Shown piece by piece: positions 35,818 through 48,170 of a DNA stretch of 64,000 nt. The notes below the pieces were generated by a model. That model made no database searches, was not told where the DNA came from, and was given only the letters and a program-made list of their open reading frames with translations. Position 1 is the first letter of the stretch; each line of letters begins with the position of its first letter. Made by a program: the position numbers and the translations under genes. This stretch comes from Balamuthia mandrillaris (Eukaryota), in contig JAVKOQ020000055.1 of NCBI GenBank assembly GCA_031835245.2, positions 62,001 through 126,000 on the forward strand. Direction: 5' to 3'.

Positions 35818-38800
35818 TCAGAGTCGGTGTCTGTTGCAAGAAGAGCACAGCAGTTCCTTCTGGGCGTAGTTAAAGACTCGTTCCTTGGAGACGCAGTTGC
35901 GACAAAAGATGCCTCCGCACAAACGACAATGATGCCTTCTGTTCAAGAACGTGAAAAGTTGTCCGCAATGTCGGCAAGCGTTAACGTCCTTATCCTCCAT
36001 CCATTCTAATCTCTGCTTCTTCTGCTTTTTGTCCTCTTCGTTTTCGGAGTTGGGTCCATCGTGCGAAGTGGAAGAAGAACTGGGAGACAAGGAACGAGCA
36101 ATATCGCAATCGCTGTTAAAGTGGTTTAACCAATAACGATCCAGCCAGCGGACGCAGTTTCTCACTCCGTTCTCGAACGTTTGCTTCTCTTTAGCAAAGC
36201 TTTGCTTGAGAGCGTCTGCTTTGGCTGAGTAGCTTTCATAATTGTTCTCTATTGGGTTTAGTGTTTTAATCGTTAGTTTGCATACGCTCTGTGCGCTTCT
36301 CTTGCTCTCTCTCTCTCTCTCTCTCGCTCTCTCTCGGATGGGTGCTTTAAAAGAAAACAATAGTTTAGCGTACCTAGGTCCATCATTGCTTTCTCTAGAA
36401 CGTCTTCCGATAGGCTCTCCAAACATAAGGACAACGAGGCGGCTGGAGTGATGCCCAAAACGACCGCTCGTTCTGCCCAAAACAAACCCTCTTTCTCCCC
36501 CATCGTCATTATTGCCTCCTTTGCATCATCCCTTGTTTCGTTCTCCTCGTCTCTTCGGTTGTCCTCATCATCATTGTTGTTCCTCAAACCGATAAACAAA
36601 GAAGGAATGGAGCAGCACCGAACCAACAAGGAGAACATTTCGGTGGAGCCATGATGAACGACCAAGTGGCATTGAGGTAACAACCACTCGCGAGCTAATA
36701 GTGTGTGAGGAGGAAGATAGAAGAGGTTTGGAGAGTAGGATGCTATTGAGAATGTAGAATCTGAGAAGGAGGTGAATGGGCTGCCTGCAGATGCAGCCGA
36801 GTAGGAGGAAGAAGGAGAGGACGCATTAAAGAAGAGTTGGGAGCGAAGAGGAGTGGGGCAGGGACCGCAGTAGATCACTCGCTTTTGGATTCGTTGCAGG
36901 ACTGTTAGAATCATGTACAGGTGCTGAGATTCGAGTGTTAGCAAGATGCAGAACAAACAGAAAGCAAAGCCATACCTTTGAAGAAAACTCTTTACCAGGA
37001 ACTTCCACGAAGACAGGAGGATCTCCTGCATTCAAAAAGTCTCCCACTCGGTTGTACAACTCCAGTTCTGCTTTTTTCTGCACATCTTTTGTTTTGTTCA
37101 CTCTAGCTGCCTGTTTTTCTTTTTTTGCCTTCTCTAGCTTGTGTTGTTCCGTTCTACCTCCTCCAGTTGTCAATCTTCTCCGTTGTTCTTTCTTGGCTCT
37201 CCATGTTTTCTTTATCCACTCTCTTTCAAAGTTGGTTCTCTCCAATGGGAGAGCAAACCCCATCATCTCAACTTTATCTTCACCATCGTTTCTTGCTTCC
37301 TCTTTCTCCTCAACTTCGTTCTCTCCGTTGTGTTGTGCGGAAGACGAAAAGAAAAATGATGTGGAGGCACTTGCTGAAGAAGCGGCCGGCGGCCAGTCTG
37401 AAGGAAACGGCACCACTTTCTCACTACAAAGCGTCAAGACAGGAACGGCATCGAACAAGAAAGAGGTTTGAGGTGGAATGTCTAAGGCTCTCTGTCGGAA
37501 ACGATTGAGCGGGTCTCGAATACGTTTGGTCCAAAGAGAATTGAATGCAGCGCGATGTTGCCAGTAGTTTGGGAGGAGAGTGCGTAGCCACGTATTGGTT
37601 GTTGCGAACGCTACCGAAGGAGGAGGAAACGCTTTGGTAGGATAGAAAGGAAGGTTGGAGAGGAGGACAGTTGGTCGTTGTAACTTTTGCCCAATTGCGA
37701 TGCTCTGCAGGTACCCACAGGAAAGATAGAAGAGAATAACAACAAAACCAGAAAAGGAAGGGTGAGAGAAGACTTGAAGTATGATGGAGAAAATGAGAAA
37801 GAGGGGATGTGACAAAGAATACAACACGGACCTCTTGTAAAGCCTCGGGGCAACACATAATAAGATGAGGTTCATGCTCCTCGGCCACTTTCCATGTTTG
37901 AAGATAGTTTTCAAACAGCTGCAACTGCTCTTCTAATACTGAACTCGCTGTTGAGTGACCTGTTTCAACAACGAGAGTATTATGCGGCAACTCGAAGAAG
38001 CGATAGGAAAGACCGGGGTACATCTCCGAGACGAGAGTTCGGTAGGCCCCTATTGTGAGGATACCAAGCTCGTAGCCTTCTTCTAACATACCTCTCCCTA
38101 CAACAGTATAACTCAGCATGCGCGCAAGGAAGAGAGCGCATAGCGCAGAGACAGACAGAGAGACAGAGAGACAGAGACAGAAAGTGAGTGAGAGAACAAA
38201 CAGAACGTACCGACAGCAAGATAAGCTTTTACGTCAGGCAAGGTGCAAGGTATTACCAACAATACGCGTCGCCCGTTGGAAACGATGCTCATGGCTGTCT
38301 TTCTAGACCCCGAAAGCACTCTCTTCCTCCGCTCAAAAAACGCTTTCACTTCGTTCATCATGTTCTCTGCCTCCTCTCCAGTCGCTGTGGCGGATGTCAG
38401 CTGTAAAAGATCCTCTTTGGAAGATGCCGGAGAAACAGTTCTTATCGGTCCTATTTCTCCCACTTTAATTTCCGCTTCCCATGTTTCTTCTGTTTCTTTC
38501 CGCTTCTCATCTTTCGTTATTTCCTCCTGCGGTCTGCTTTCTTTCATCATTTGAGCTAGAGTGCGACTGCCGAACAACGGATTGCCGCGAATCTCCTCAC
38601 CGTTCTTTTCTTCAAGGTGTTGGTGCCTCTTTTTCTCTTGAAGAAACCAACTTAGAGTTTCCACTGTCGAGCTTCTTTCACGCGCTCTTCTCTCAATGTC
38701 ACTGATGAGAATGCCTTTGTCTTCTAGCTCCATCGCTCTCGGTCTTTTCTCCAACAGTCGTTGCAGCTTTTTGCTTCCGAATAGAGGGTTTCTGCGAAGC

Positions 38801-38934
38801 TGTTCTGATTCTGGTTGTTTCTTTGGTTGTTCTTCGGATGATTCTTCATCTTCTGCTTGGGCGTTATTGTCTTCTTGCACATGGTTTTGCTCGTCGTGTT
38901 CATCGTTGTCAAAAACTGCCGCCTCTGGTTCCAT
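35818..38934 (-). CDS. Sterol 3-beta-glucosyltransferase-like (GT1/UGT51-type) protein with C-terminal FYVE finger, multi-exon
   Basis: PTKAFP, VVPFPSDWP, FLNAGDPPVFV, WLLPQCHLVVHHG, ENGV; FYVE WMED...C..C...RRHHCRLCG..C..C...CSSC. Confidence 0.8.
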
Positions 38935-39182
38935 GTTGCAAGTAAATTGCAATCGCCGAATGAGACGCTGGTAGAGCAAGTCGGAGCCCGTCTACTTGGT
39001 TGTCTCCACTTTTTCTCGTTGTCAACCACAAAAAGAGAGAGAGAGAAGAGCGCTTCCTTCTTTGCTGAATCGTCGTCTTCGAAATACCTAATTTAGATAA
39101 AACACCTTAAATAACACCTTTAAATATTCCATAAATGGAAAGTTTTTAAATAAAACTCTTTTCTTCCTTTTTGTTCTTTCGT

Positions 39183-40090
39183 TCAGTAGACATCGGACCA
39201 GCCTTGGACTTGGTGGTGAGAGGATTGCCCCTTGTTGTTGATGAACATCCAGTCGGTGAGGTTGTTGGTCTTTCGTTTTTTCTTGAAGAGATAAGGCAGG
39301 ATGATTGGAATTGGCTGATGCGTAAATAACAACACCTTTTTTTTTTGGTTTTTTTTTGTTTGTTTGAGTGATGAAAGACAGAGAAAGAAACGACAAGAAA
39401 GAAAGAGAAAGCAAGCAAGCAAGAAAGAGACGAAAAGAGAGAAGGAAAGAAAGAAAGAAAGAAACGACAAGAAAGAAAGAAAGAAAGAAACGACAAGAAA
39501 GAAAGAAAGAAAGAAAGAAAGAAAAAGAAAAACGACAAGAAAGAAACAATAAGATAGAAACGAAAAGAAGGAAACGACAAGAAAGAAGAGAAAGCAAGCA
39601 AGTAAGAAAGAAACGATAAGAAAGAACAGAAAGAAGGATGACAGCAAGCGTTGTAAGAACGTACATGAACATAGAAGAAAGAGGGTTTAAGGGGACATGG
39701 GACCGGGTCGGAAAGCATTATCTGTCGCACTTTGTTAAAATCAAAACCAGTGTCCACTTCCTATTTTGTGTTTGGTTGACAGTAAGAGAGGAAGAAGTGA
39801 GATAAAGAATGGAGGAGAGGCAGAGAGGCAGAGAGAGGCAGAGAGGCAGAGAGGCAGAGTGCAGAGTGACACAGGGGAGGGGAGGGAGGGAGGGAGGGAG
39901 GGAGGGAGGGAGGAGGAGGGAGGGAGGGAGGGAGGGAGGGGAGGGGGGAGGGAGGGAGGAGGGAGGGAGGAGGGAGGGAGGGAGGGGGAGGGAGGGGAGG
40001 GAGGGAGGGAGGGAGGGAGGAGGGAGGGAGGAGGGAGGGAGGGAGGGAGGGAGGGAGGGGGGAGGGAGGAGGGAGGAGGGAGGAGGGAGG

Positions 40091-40152
<62 letters not shown>

Positions 40153-40632
40153 ATAAAGAGGGAAACCAATGGACGATGAGTACTAAGGAACAAAAAAAGG
40201 ATAGAAAGAAGACGAGGAAGGGAGAGCAAAACAAACCACTCGGTTTATGATCTTGTTGCCTTTGCGCAGGAGAGCAGTGTTCTTGATGGGAACAGGAATT
40301 GCATTAGAACCCGCTGATTTGATCCGTTTCTGTTTTTGAAGGTTAGATAACGTTCTGCTTTGAGACCTGACATGAAAAAAAAAGACGCGTAAAAAGAAAG
40401 AGGGAGAGAGTACCACTTCTTCTTTGACAAGATTTTGCATCCACTCGCCGACGGCTCTTTCTCTCCGGTATCGGTCGGCCTCTTCTCCCTCCTCCTCTTC
40501 CAACGGTTTAGCCTCCAGCGTCACTTTTTCTTCAGCGCCCTCTTCCCTCTTTGCGCCTTCCTCCCCATTGTAGTCGTTGTGGCTATCGACGGTTTCGGCC
40601 GCTTTGCCGCTCGCTCCTGCGGTGTCTTCCAT
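39183..40632 (-). CDS. Hypothetical ~200-aa protein, 4 exons
   Basis: Exons join in phase 0 (EEV|KRIK, NRV|EVDTG, YVH|VLLFT) and end at TGA 39183. Confidence 0.7.
39874..40148. repeat. Intronic (GGGA)n followed by (GA)n pure polypurine tract
   Basis: Direct reading; ~275 bp of G/A only. Confidence 0.95.
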
Positions 40633-41188
40633 CTTCTCTTTTCTTTCTTCTCTGTGTCTACATAAAACTGGTTTCATGACGACATTAAAATATTACCATG
40701 ACGACACAAAAATTACGTTTCGTGACGACATGGTTGTAATGTTAAGGACGACATGATGAATGAGCGTTGTCAGACGACACGAGACCTACAAAAAAGAAAG
40801 AAAAGAAAGAAAAGAACTTCAAGAAAGAAAGGCTGCCGGGAGACGGGAGGGAGGCAGTGAGGAAGGGCGCGTTGTTCTTCGTCAACATTTCAAAGAAGTT
40901 GTGCATTCTTCTTCTTCTTTTTCTTCCTAATTTTGAAAAAAAAAAAAACAAACCAAACAAAAGAAGAAGAAGAGGAAGAAGCTGCTTGCAGAAATAAAAA
41001 AAAAAACCCAAACAACAACGGGAGGAGGTCTATGGGAACAAAAGACATCAGCCAACCGTCGTCATCCTCCTCATCGCCAGAAAGAGAAAGAAACACTCCA
41101 CCCCCCACCACCACCACGCTATATATTCTTCTTGTCGAGTAACCAAGAGAAGAGGAGGAGGAAGGGATACGCAAAAAAAAAAAAAGCA

Positions 41189-42080
41189 ATGGTAGCCACC
41201 AGCCATGCCGTGAAAGGAGGCCTGGCCGCTCTCTCATGGATAGTCCTCAACATCGGCCTGTCCTTCATCAACAAATATCTTTTCGACGTGGAAGTGAGTA
41301 ACCCATTTTTTATATTTTCTCTCTTTTCTTTTTTTTTCTAACAAAAAAAAAAATAACAAAAAAATAACAAAAAAAATAACAAAAAAATATACAAAAAATA
41401 ACAAAAAAATACAAAAAAAAATTACAAAAAAAATAACAAAAAAAAACCCAAAAAAAATAACAAAAAAAAAGGACTTTAAGTATCCAATTTTCATCATCCT
41501 GCTGGGCACGGTGGTCACGTTTCTGGGCACGCTCTTCCTGATGTACGTGCCGCCGTTGTTGTCGTCCGGGTGGGACGTCGTGGGCAACATAGAGGTGATG
41601 AACGTGCTGCAGCACTGGCGGCTCCTCTGCATGCTGGCCTTCTTGCATGCGGCCACCACCGCCCTGTCCAACATTAGCATGGTCTTTATCAGGTTTGTTT
41701 TGTTGCGCTTCTCTCTTTCTCCCTCTTCTCCTCTTCACTCTTCTCCTCTACTCGCCTTCCTCTCTTCTCGCATTCTCTCTTCTCTCTTCATCTCTCTTCT
41801 CTCTTCTTCTCTCATCTTGCATTCTCGCGTCTCTCTTTCTCACTTCTCTGTTCTTTCCCTTTCTTATTTTTTCCACTTTATTGTTCTTCGTTTCTCTCTT
41901 TCTCATGTTATATTTTTCAACACCAATTAGCATATCATTGGGACAAATAATAAAGGCAACAACACCAGCATTAACGATGCTGTTGTCAAAGGTGTTTGAG
42001 AACAAACCATCCAGTCCTCGCTTGGTTACTGCTACAATGATCATCATTGTTGGAGCCGCCATTACCGTCTCCAAAAGCCC

Positions 42081-42124
<44 letters not shown>

Positions 42125-43110
42125 ACCTCCCTTCCTCATCAGCATCTCATCTTTTTTTTGGGTTTAACAGGAATTTTATGGACAACACGTTCATGAACAC
42201 TTATTCGGCCTTTTGTGTTCTGTTTGTAAGTGCCTCTCTGTGTCATCTTCCTTGTTGTTTCTTTCTTTTATCTCTTTCTTCTTTTGTTATCTTCTCATTT
42301 TCATTCTCACATTTTAATTGTGTTTCATATCAACGCAAAATAGTGTCAACAGGAGCAGGCGCAGGTCAAGTGGTGGTATCCGCCATTCTTCTCCAACAAG
42401 TTGATGTGAGCTCGTGGGGGCTTCTCCTCACCACCTGCATCCCTACCATGCTCTTTCTCTTCCCTCCGTTCCTCTACTTTGAATTTCCTCGCCTCATTTC
42501 TTCTCCTTCCTCGTCATCTCCTCTTACTTCTCCTCATGATCACACGTTAACTTTCTTCTTGGTGGCGATTGGAGGCATCGGTGCTTTCTGTTATACCCTC
42601 AGCGCTTATCTCTTGATCCAGTACACTTCTTCCATTTACAGTTCAATCATCGGCAACTTGAAAGTGGTTCTCCTGGTCTTTCTCTCCATGTTTGTCTTTG
42701 GCACTCAATGGAACGCTTTCAACATGACGGGGGTCGTGATAGCTCTCTTTGGCTTTCTTCTCTATAACTACTTTAAGATGACGGAACCTCCTCTCTCTTC
42801 TTTGCCCTCGTCTTCCCCTTCCTCAGCAAAAGCTTTATTGTTGGAGGGTGAAGATGAAGAAGATGCAAGAGAAGACGGAGAAGAAGGAGAGGCAGAAGAA
42901 GAAAGCGACCAAGCGAAGCGAGAAAAGAGGAGCAGAGCCACATCGAGATTGCGGAAGGGACACTCGTTGATGACGGAGGAAGAGGAAGGGGAGGAGATGA
43001 GCACGAAACCCAAGGCCAAAGAAGATAACATAACGCCAGCAACGGCCGTGTCCATCACGATCGTTGAACCTTCTTCCTTGCGGCATGTCTCTGACGCTTA
43101 TAACAATTAG
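41189..43110 (+). CDS. Triose-phosphate/nucleotide-sugar transporter family (SLC35E-like), multi-exon
   Basis: INKYLF..FKYP, ISLGQIIKATTP, TSSIYSSIIGNLKVV; about ten hydrophobic segments. Confidence 0.88.
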
Positions 43111-43171
43111 TTTATTTATTATTCACAAGGGTATCGCTTTTTGGCTTTAAACCAACATGACTTGTGCATGT

Positions 43172-46100
43172 TTATGAAACAGTTATAACAGGAGCAAACG
43201 CTAATGGCAAAGTTACACAGAGCACCACCACAAACAAGATGTAGGATGCTCTTCTCACCGCAACCTCGTTCTCCTCCTCTCTTCCCATCTTCATCAATTG
43301 TATCATCCTCATGACCACCCCTCCGCCTTCCTTCCCCTTCTCCTCCTCCAGCTTTATCAACAGTTGCTGCTGAAGGAAACGGAACAGCAGAACGAGCAGA
43401 GCGTGCACCAAGAAGAAGAGGAAGAGAGAGAATGAGGGCATCCATCTCCTCGTTGCCAGCAAGAACGGATATTGAGAGAGCAATCCGTAGATCAGCAAGT
43501 TGAGAGGCAAACCCTTGCCTATCACCAGCATCGCGGAAGAGAGCCACAACAACGTTTCCGAAGCAGAAGAGGATGAAGGCGTTGCTCCTCTTCCTTGTTG
43601 CTGTTGCTGCGCCATTGCGGCCATTCTTCTCAACGTTCTTGTGCCGCCGCCACCTCCTCCTTCTCTTCTCAGAGTTGAGGTTGCAGTGGCAGCGGTTGCA
43701 GTGGAAGCAGAAGAGCGAATGGTGGAAGAAGCAGGGGAGGGAAGGAGCTGGAAGGAGACGAGCTTGTTGATGATGGACAAGGAGACTGGGTCCCATCTGT
43801 CCTCCCAAAACTCGATGAGAGAGTTGGAGAGGTAAGGTTGCTCCATGATCTCTTCCAAACGCAATAGCGAGGCTTCCTTTTTGTTGTTGGAGGTTTGTTC
43901 TTCTGCTTTCTCTTTGGCTTTCTCTGCACCTTCTTTGCCTTGCGCTTTCTCTTCTTCTATCTTCGTTTCTGTTGTGGAATTGTTGGTTGAAGCGGAAGAG
44001 GAAGTTGCGGACGTTCTCAAAAGGTCGAGCTGAGAGAACAGGAACAGCACAAAGTCAAAGGTGCCGCTGAAGGTGCAGTAATGAACGATGGCGAGGAGCA
44101 CCGACGCCATCACCGACCAAACGAACGAGTGGGAGAGAAAAGCAAACACCGAGGTCAACGTCTTGAGCTTGAACCAAGCCACCGCCGCGATGATCAACTT
44201 GGTCGCTGCTCTTCGCAAACGGCTCCAACCGACTCTCTTTGGGTGATCCTCATCGCTGATGCTCATGATCCTTTCCAAGCGAAGAGCCAACGAAGAAGGC
44301 GATGAAGCAGAGGATGAAGATACAGAAGGATCTCTCAACAACGAAAGAGAGTTGAGGCTGTCGGTAAGAAAGTTCATCATCGAGGATGCGCGTTTGTCGT
44401 TTGTGTTCTTTCTTTTATATGTAGAAAGATTCTCCAATTCGGGTTGGCGGAGGGAGGAGCGGGCCGGTCTGCTCATTACGTTGTGGGCGCTGAGGCGTTG
44501 GTCCTCGATGGCCTTGATCCAGGAGCCCATTTCCTGTTGGGAGGAGGCGACGAGACGTTTCTTTGTGGCTCCATCCTTCATGCTTATCTCAAAACAGGGT
44601 ATGTCTATTGTGTTTCATTTTCATAGCTTCGTTAGAGGAGGAGAAGAAGAAACGAAAGAGAACAGAAAGAAGAAACGAGCAGAAGAACGTTAGCATAGAA
44701 GCATTATGAACCTTTTCGTTCAGCGTACTCATGAACAGACTCAACCAGCATCAAGTCCAACTGACAACATGAAAGTGAAACCCGTTCAGCTTGTTTAAAC
44801 GGTAAAAAAGAAAGGAAGGAAGGAGACAAACCATTTGCTTGACTCTGTATCTTGGTTTATTGGAAGTTTTCTCTGCAATGAGCACAAGTTCGTTGAACAA
44901 GAAAACGTGTCTTGGAACCAGCTTGCCTTTGCCATTCAACTGCTTAACTGTACTCGTTGAGCTAGTGGTTAGTGTTTGCTGTAGAAAAAGCAAAACAACT
45001 TTGACGTACAGTCTTGCTCTTGAATGTACTTTCTGCTCGGAGTCACCAACGTTTGGTCATGCTATTAGAGGTTGCAGCGAGAGAGAGAGGGAGAGAGAGA
45101 GAGAGAGAGAGAAGTTAACAAACTTGCGATGTAACGGAGGAGAAAGGAGAGAGAACAAACGGGTATGTCCTGAAGGCTGTTATGGATGTCAACAACTTTG
45201 CGAAGGTTGTCAGCGCGATGGAGAGAGTCATTCAGAAAGTTGGCTACATCGGTCATCAACCCCAACACCTATACCACAAAACAAAAACAATGGTCACCCA
45301 AAGGGAAGAATGAAGCAAAGAGGCAGAAAGCAAGCAGAAAGTTGACCTTGATCAGATTCTCTCTATCTTCGTGTTCATCTGGAGTGTTCTTTACCAGGTC
45401 CTAAAAACACCACAATATAAAGTGACTATCAGAAAGGAAGGTTTTAAAAGTACGAGCAGTGTTCGTTTCGTTTCGTTCTGGAAACACGCACCTTGAAAAG
45501 CAGCAGATAGCGAGGCACTCGTTGGATTGGCATTACTTCAAATGTGCAAAGGCACAGCAGAAAGAGAAGAACGGTATCGGGACGTGAGAATAGAAAAGAA
45601 AGAGAAAGAGAATAAAAAGAAGAAGAAGTAAAAGAAGAAGAAGAAAAAAGAAGAAGTCAAAGTCATAGTAGTCGCATTCAGGGAGTCGCGAGGTCTGTTC
45701 AATCCACTGTGCAAACTTGGCGTTGGTCTTCTTTTGGTGAATGTAAGTGGCTAAGCCGTGGCTATAGTTATTGCTGAACGTAGTATACACTTTAAGAAAT
45801 GGCGTCTAGTTGTTATACGTTAATATAAAGATGAGAAGGAGAAGAAGAAGAAAGAAGTGGAGAGAGTACAAATTTAAAGAAGATATCGCTGAGAATGGAG
45901 TTGGGAGCCCAAGCCTCCATCTTTTGCTCCAAGCTTTCCAATAGCGCCTCGTTCACCTTGAGGATGACTTCCAGGTTGCTGAAGATCTCTTTGATGGTCT
46001 GCTCCGATGCCAGTTTTTCTCGTTCTTTTGCTGGCAACTCCATTAACCTCCCCATATAATTCTTTTTTTTCAATATAGAACGATCAAAGCACGCGATAAG

Positions 46101-46969
46101 CGAGGCATGAACAGAGCAAAGAGGAAGATAGGAAGAAGCAGAAGAAGAAGAAGAACAAGAAGAAGAAGAAGAACAAGCAGAAGAAGCAGAAGAAGCAGAA
46201 GAAGAAGAAGAAGAAGAAGAAGAAGAAGAAGAACAAAAATAATAAGAAGAAGAACATGTAGATGAACAAGAAGAGAGAGAGAGAGAATGAAAAAAAGAAG
46301 AGAAGCAGAAAAGGCGACCAGAACGAAGACACAGGGATACAAACAAGGAAGAGCAGAAGCGAAGCAAAGATAGGAAATGCAAAGAAAAGAAGAGGAGAAT
46401 ACCCTTGTGAATGTGCTTAAGTTACCAACATAGGCCCTCTCCGTGTCAAGCAGCTCCTTCACGATAAAGTACCTCCTCCGGGTCTTCTTGGAGGAGTCCG
46501 TGGACCCCTCCTGGTAAGGGCTGACCCTGGTGGGCAGCAAGCAATGAGCGTAGAAGGCAAGGGTGGAGGAGAAAATGACGGGCTCCCCCACGCTCTCCTT
46601 CCTTCTGGCCATCAACAGCTCCAACGTTCGCAACGCGTAGAAGCAGAGCACGTAGCCCAAGAAGAAGCGAAAGGGACTGAAGGAAGTCGATGCTGTGGTG
46701 GCCTCCGCCTCGCCTGCCACGGCTTTAGCTCTGCTGTCAAGGCTGTCCTCTTCATGGCTGGCAGGAAGGAGAAAGAACGGAGAGAGCAGAAGGAAGCAGA
46801 GGGGGGGCAGGGCGTAGCGAACGGCCGGGCGAGCCCAGAAGAGGTGCCAGGACTGGAAGGCCGGCCCGCCGACGATGCCGCGGGAGAGGATGGGCACGAT
46901 GATGTGCAGCAGGTAGAGAGGATAGGCCGCCACCAACGTCCCTAATGCCAACAAAGGAACGTAAGACAT
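43172..46969 (-). CDS. Multi-pass membrane protein: wax-synthase-type MBOAT-like fold interrupted by a DH-PH RhoGEF module
   Basis: DH: ELLDTERAYV, IFSNLEVI, MPIQRVPRYLLL; PH: FLFNELVLIA, WIKAI; MBOAT-like: PYLSNSLIEFWEDRW, FFLVHALLV. Confidence 0.8.
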
Positions 46970-47474
46970 ATTCCGTTGTTTGTCTCTAACTCTACTAAAA
47001 CAAAAAAGACCAAGAGGACTCGCTTCTGTTCCTTCGTCTTTGTTTCTTTCATGATACCATTCATTCATAAACACATTTCATTATGAACGCTATTATAAGG
47101 ACAATAAATGGAGGAAGGAAGCGTGCGTACAAAGCAGGAAATAGCGGAGAAAGAGAAGCAGCAGAAGAAAGGTTGCCGAAGGGGAGCCATCGCTGTCCGC
47201 CTGGCCATCCAAGAAACGTTGTACATGCTCCATAAAAAACAAAAAGCACACTCTATAGCATTGGATATATAATAGAATAACTCTTTCTGTTTTTTCTTTT
47301 ATTGTTGGTTTTTGTCGGGGTCACAGTTTCTATAGCAACTCCTCCACACAACAGCAGAAGAAGGAAGAGCTGCTGGTCTGGCCTGAGAGGCGAAACAAGC
47401 AGGGGATAGAGGATATCGCATAAGAATGAAAAACAGGCTCGCTTTTTGGGGGGTTCACGCATGTAACGGTGGTG

Positions 47475-48170
47475 TTATCCGTCCCAGGGGCATCCATGAG
47501 CGATCGCCCACTGGAGCACTGCCTCGTGCCCGTTCTTGGCGGCTTCCTGGCAGGTTAGCCTTCCCCAGGGACACCCCTTCTCCTCACGAGCCCAGCGCAG
47601 AACGTCCAGGTTCCCGTGGTGAGCTGCCCCGCTGCAAACCCCGGGGCTCAAAGGGCACCCGTTCTCCACCGCCCATCGCAGCAGCTCCCAATGGCCCGCC
47701 CATGCCGCGATGGCACACACGGACTCGTCCCAAGGGCAGCCCTCGGCACGAGCCCATTGCAGGACCTGCAGGTGTCCGTTGGTGGCTGCGCTGTTGCACG
47801 TCTCATCGCTCCAAGGGCAGCCCTGCTGTCGGGCCCACTGCAAGACGTGCAGGTGCCCGTGCCAAGCTGCCTGGCGACAGGTCTCCTCGTCCCAAGGACA
47901 ACCATGCTCCCGCGCGCATTGGAGCACTTCCAGGTTGCCCTGCCTGGCAGCTTCGGCGCAAAGACGTTCAGAGGGAGAACAGCCGTTCCGGAGGGACCAG
48001 CGCAGCAAAGAAGGAGAGCCGCAGGCTGCTTCGAGGGTGAAGCGATGGCGACGCGCTGCAGGACAGCACGCGAACCAGCGTTTGCACGTTCGCGCTGCCA
48101 CGGCGGCGTTGCCCGTGGGCAGCGCACCCAATATCATGCCAAGCACTTCACTCGGCAAGTCCGCCTCCAT
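47475..48170 (-). CDS. Intronless F-box + ankyrin-repeat protein (GCPW-type repeats)
   Basis: LPSEVLGMIL...CKRW F-box; repeated AAxxGHLxVLQWARxxGCPW units. Confidence 0.9.
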   Translation of the reverse strand: MEADLPSEVLGMILGALPTGNAAVAARTCKRWFACCPAARRHRFTLEAACGSPSLLRWSLRNGCSPSERLCAEAARQGNLEVLQCAREHGCPWDEETCRQAAWHGHLHVLQWARQQGCPWSDETCNSAATNGHLQVLQWARAEGCPWDESVCAIAAWAGHWELLRWAVENGCPLSPGVCSGAAHHGNLDVLRWAREEKGCPWGRLTCQEAAKNGHEAVLQWAIAHGCPWDG

